Shown here: one piece after another, positions 61,604-64,000 of the stretch
Layout of the letters: the number at the start of each line of letters is the position of its first letter
How positions within the stretch are numbered: the stretch's first letter is position 1
NCBI GenBank assembly: GCA_050084515.1
Contig: CM114271.1
Span: 7,874,001-7,938,000, forward strand
Source: Blasia pusilla
Lineage: Eukaryota
Length of the DNA: 64,000 bases
Direction: 5' to 3'
Made by a program: the position numbers and the translations under genes
The notes under the pieces: generated by a model
Databases searched by the model: none
What the model was told of the DNA's origin: nothing
Seen by the model: the letters and a program-made list of their open reading frames with translations, nothing else

Positions 61604-64000
61604 TCACTCGTCATCGTCCGAGAGCTCTTGCAAAATTACTTTCGGCCTTGCCCTCCCGATTTTCGAAATCGTTGGAAGTGATGATGGAGTCACTACCAAT
61701 GGTGGGTCTGGAACCGGAGCTCTCGGCTTCGGTGGAGAGTTGTACGCCCCAACGAGCCTTTCGTATTCTGCCTTTTCCTCCTTGCAAAGGTCAAACAGTT
61801 CCTGCCTTCCCTCGAGGCAGAGAATGTTCTTGCCACTCAGCCAGGCGCCTTTGATACTTGCCCCTGAAAGTTCCACTAAGTCGAACACCAAGTCACCCGG
61901 CCTTGACCAGAGCTCGATGAGCGTTTGCATCAGGGCTGGTGACTTTTCCCTTCCTCCCAGAAGTGGGGTACCGTCTTGCATGTAAATTCCCGGGGGGGAA
62001 TTATACAAACTATCTAATTTGTACCCATCTGAACATGGATCCACAGGATCCTAGATCTTGAACACCTGGAAATTGTGCTCGGGCCGAACGAAGCAGTAAA
62101 CGTAGGAGTGGTCCATCTGTAAAGAAGCACATTGGAAACAATGTCAGCAACTTGGCATAATGTGCAACACGTCACCGAAGAAGTCGGCTTGACCCTAGAG
62201 AACTTTTTCAATTACTAACTTTGGATCAACCTGTCGGAGTCCGACGGGTTGTTTTGTCCCTGACCAACCCGTCGGAAGGCGACGGGTTGCTGGCCTAGAG
62301 CAGCCCATGGTCGTCTAAGAGCAACCCGTCGCTTTCCAACGGGTTGCAGCTTTCCGGAAACACAGGGAAAAACCAAAAGCAACTGCAACCCGTCGGGTTC
62401 CGACGGGTTGCAGGTACACCACGGCTTTCCCTGTGTTTCTGGGAAAGATGCAACCCGTCGGAAATTGACGGGTTGCTCTTAGTTGAGCATGGGCTGCTCT
62501 AAGCCAACAACCCGTCGCCTTCCGACGGGTTGCTCATGGAGAAAAACAACGGAGATATACTATCTGAAATTTACACGCATTGAGCCTTACCCGAATTTGA
62601 AAATATATTTGAGATTGTACTACAGGAATTGAGCCTTACCCGAATCTGACTCGTCGTAGATCGGAGTGGGTACTCGTTTTTTATGATCCACAATTGCGCC
62701 GTCCTCCACTTTAGCGACCTCTTGACACATTGGAGGTTGAAGAGCTCGTCCTCGCTCCCTCCAGTCAACACTAAGAAGCAGCCCCTGTCACTCAGATAGG
62801 CGTCTGCAAAGGAGAACAATAGCGCGATTTGGTCATAAGAGAGCGGCACATTCCACTCAGGTACCCCGTCCGACGGATTCTCGCCCCACAGTCGCAACCC
62901 CGAGGGCAGATCAGCGATCAAGAGATCCACCGCAACCTCTTCGACCACTCCATTCACCGTTCAGGCAGCGTGCCCGTTTCGTTGGAGCTTCCGTCCCAAA
63001 ATTGTCAATTTATCAATAGCTGGTGTCAACGCTTGAGAACTGAAGCTTTTCAGCTCATCCAGTAAAGGAGTGAACTGAAGGAGGACGCTTGTCCGGGTCG
63101 TTGTTTCTCTGTGTCTTCCCAAGGATGATGGACTGTATTCTCCTTGGGACAACACTGGCACCTCTTGCTTCCGCTTTTCCCGAGTCTGCAGACGGCTTGT
63201 CGGGGTCTCTATGACCTCAGACTCTAGTGGGGTTTTTTTCACCAAGGACCTGGTCCGACCCTCTCTCCCCGCTCGCCCGGACGATTCTGCCTCTAGCCTT
63301 GAATCTTCAGCCTCTCTTTGGGAAGACTCGGCCTCGAAATTCTTCCCTCCCCTCGCCTTGCCTTTGAGACCCGTTGTGGATTTGTCTTTGGCTGTGCGGA
63401 CCTTGGAAGCCAACTCAGCTGTCTGGTGGGCTTGCTCTTCTGCATCTCCTCCTCCGAAGTCTTCAAGCTGCACAAAATTGGGGATGTCGTCTTGTCCTGA
63501 GGCCACTGCATCATGAAGCACTCGTAAATCCTTCTCGGTGATGTCTTCAGGGTCGTTGAAGTCAAGCCAAATGGGGCAATTCTCCACCTCCCAATCGGAC
63601 ATGTGTTGCGCCATCTCCATGTCGTACATGGAGAATGTCTCTCCATCAGGTGGCGAAGCCCACAATTTCAAGGCTGTTGGTAATTTTCCCCAGGTACCTG
63701 CATTCTTACAATGGACGAGGTACTTGAAGACCATCCGTTGGGCAACTTTTACTCAAACTGAATCGGCCGTCTGCTCTTGTAGATCTCGCTTCTTCTTTGC
63801 TTGATCCCTTTTGTTCCCATAGATTTCTTCATCAAGCTCTGCCTGAGGGAGGACGCAAACCTTGAACATTGTCTTGAATCCTGGGTTTTTGATTGGCTTG
63901 TCCCGGATGTCGTCGAGGCAAACCTCAAAATCTACAGAATTTTCCAGGTTTGCTTCATCCGGAATGGGCTCTAATCTTTTGAGCTCCGCTTGCAGACCGT
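61604..64000 (-). pseudogene. Interrupted gene with a C-terminal beta-class N4C/N6A DNA methyltransferase-like domain; runs off the window
   Basis: One frame from the window edge to ~62640 with two in-frame TGA stops; VDLLIADLPSG (cf. DLIxxDPPY) ... LSDRGCFLV; probable intron from 62639 (CGG|GTAAG); then EKSPALMQTLIELWSRPGDLVFDLVELSGASIKGAWLSGKNILCLE (cf. KPxxLxxxLIxxxSxxGDxVLDPFxGSG). Confidence 0.72.
62227..62550. repeat. Nested palindrome: six 25-bp CAACCCGTCG-N5-CGACGGGTTG-type hairpins, five of them within one ~300-bp inverted repeat
   Basis: Units start at 62227, 62265, 62322, 62386, 62451 and 62508; outer arms 62248-62396 / 62400-62550 are imperfect reverse complements. Confidence 0.92.

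Noticed and set aside
62227-62550. CRISPR-like array
   Set aside because: The spacers are reverse complements of each other, lengths are irregular, there are no cas genes and the context is eukaryotic.

Overview
Repeat-dense eukaryotic DNA, inferred to be from an early-diverging land plant (bryophyte, lycophyte or fern); the species cannot be determined from the sequence. The only clear host gene is a five-exon SGS3 (zf-XS, XS, coiled coil; + strand, 18824-41256, 992 aa when spliced). Its last intron (22871-40997, ~18.1 kb) holds a nest of transposons: LINE > Copia A > Copia B > solo LTR of family A, plus an inverted LTR and a perfect palindrome. Two degenerate copies of a Ty3/Gypsy element flank SGS3 head-to-head. 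Their pol region carries a DNMT3-like C5-cytosine methyltransferase between protease and RT, and the more complete copy ends in a PHD finger after the integrase. The window also contains a LINE family found only next to (CT)n tracts (one copy circularly permuted), solo LTRs with 5-bp TSDs, a CACTA transposase fragment and, at the right edge, an interrupted gene with a beta-class N4/N6 DNA methyltransferase-like domain whose intron holds a nested palindrome. All domain calls come from motifs read by eye; no database search was run.
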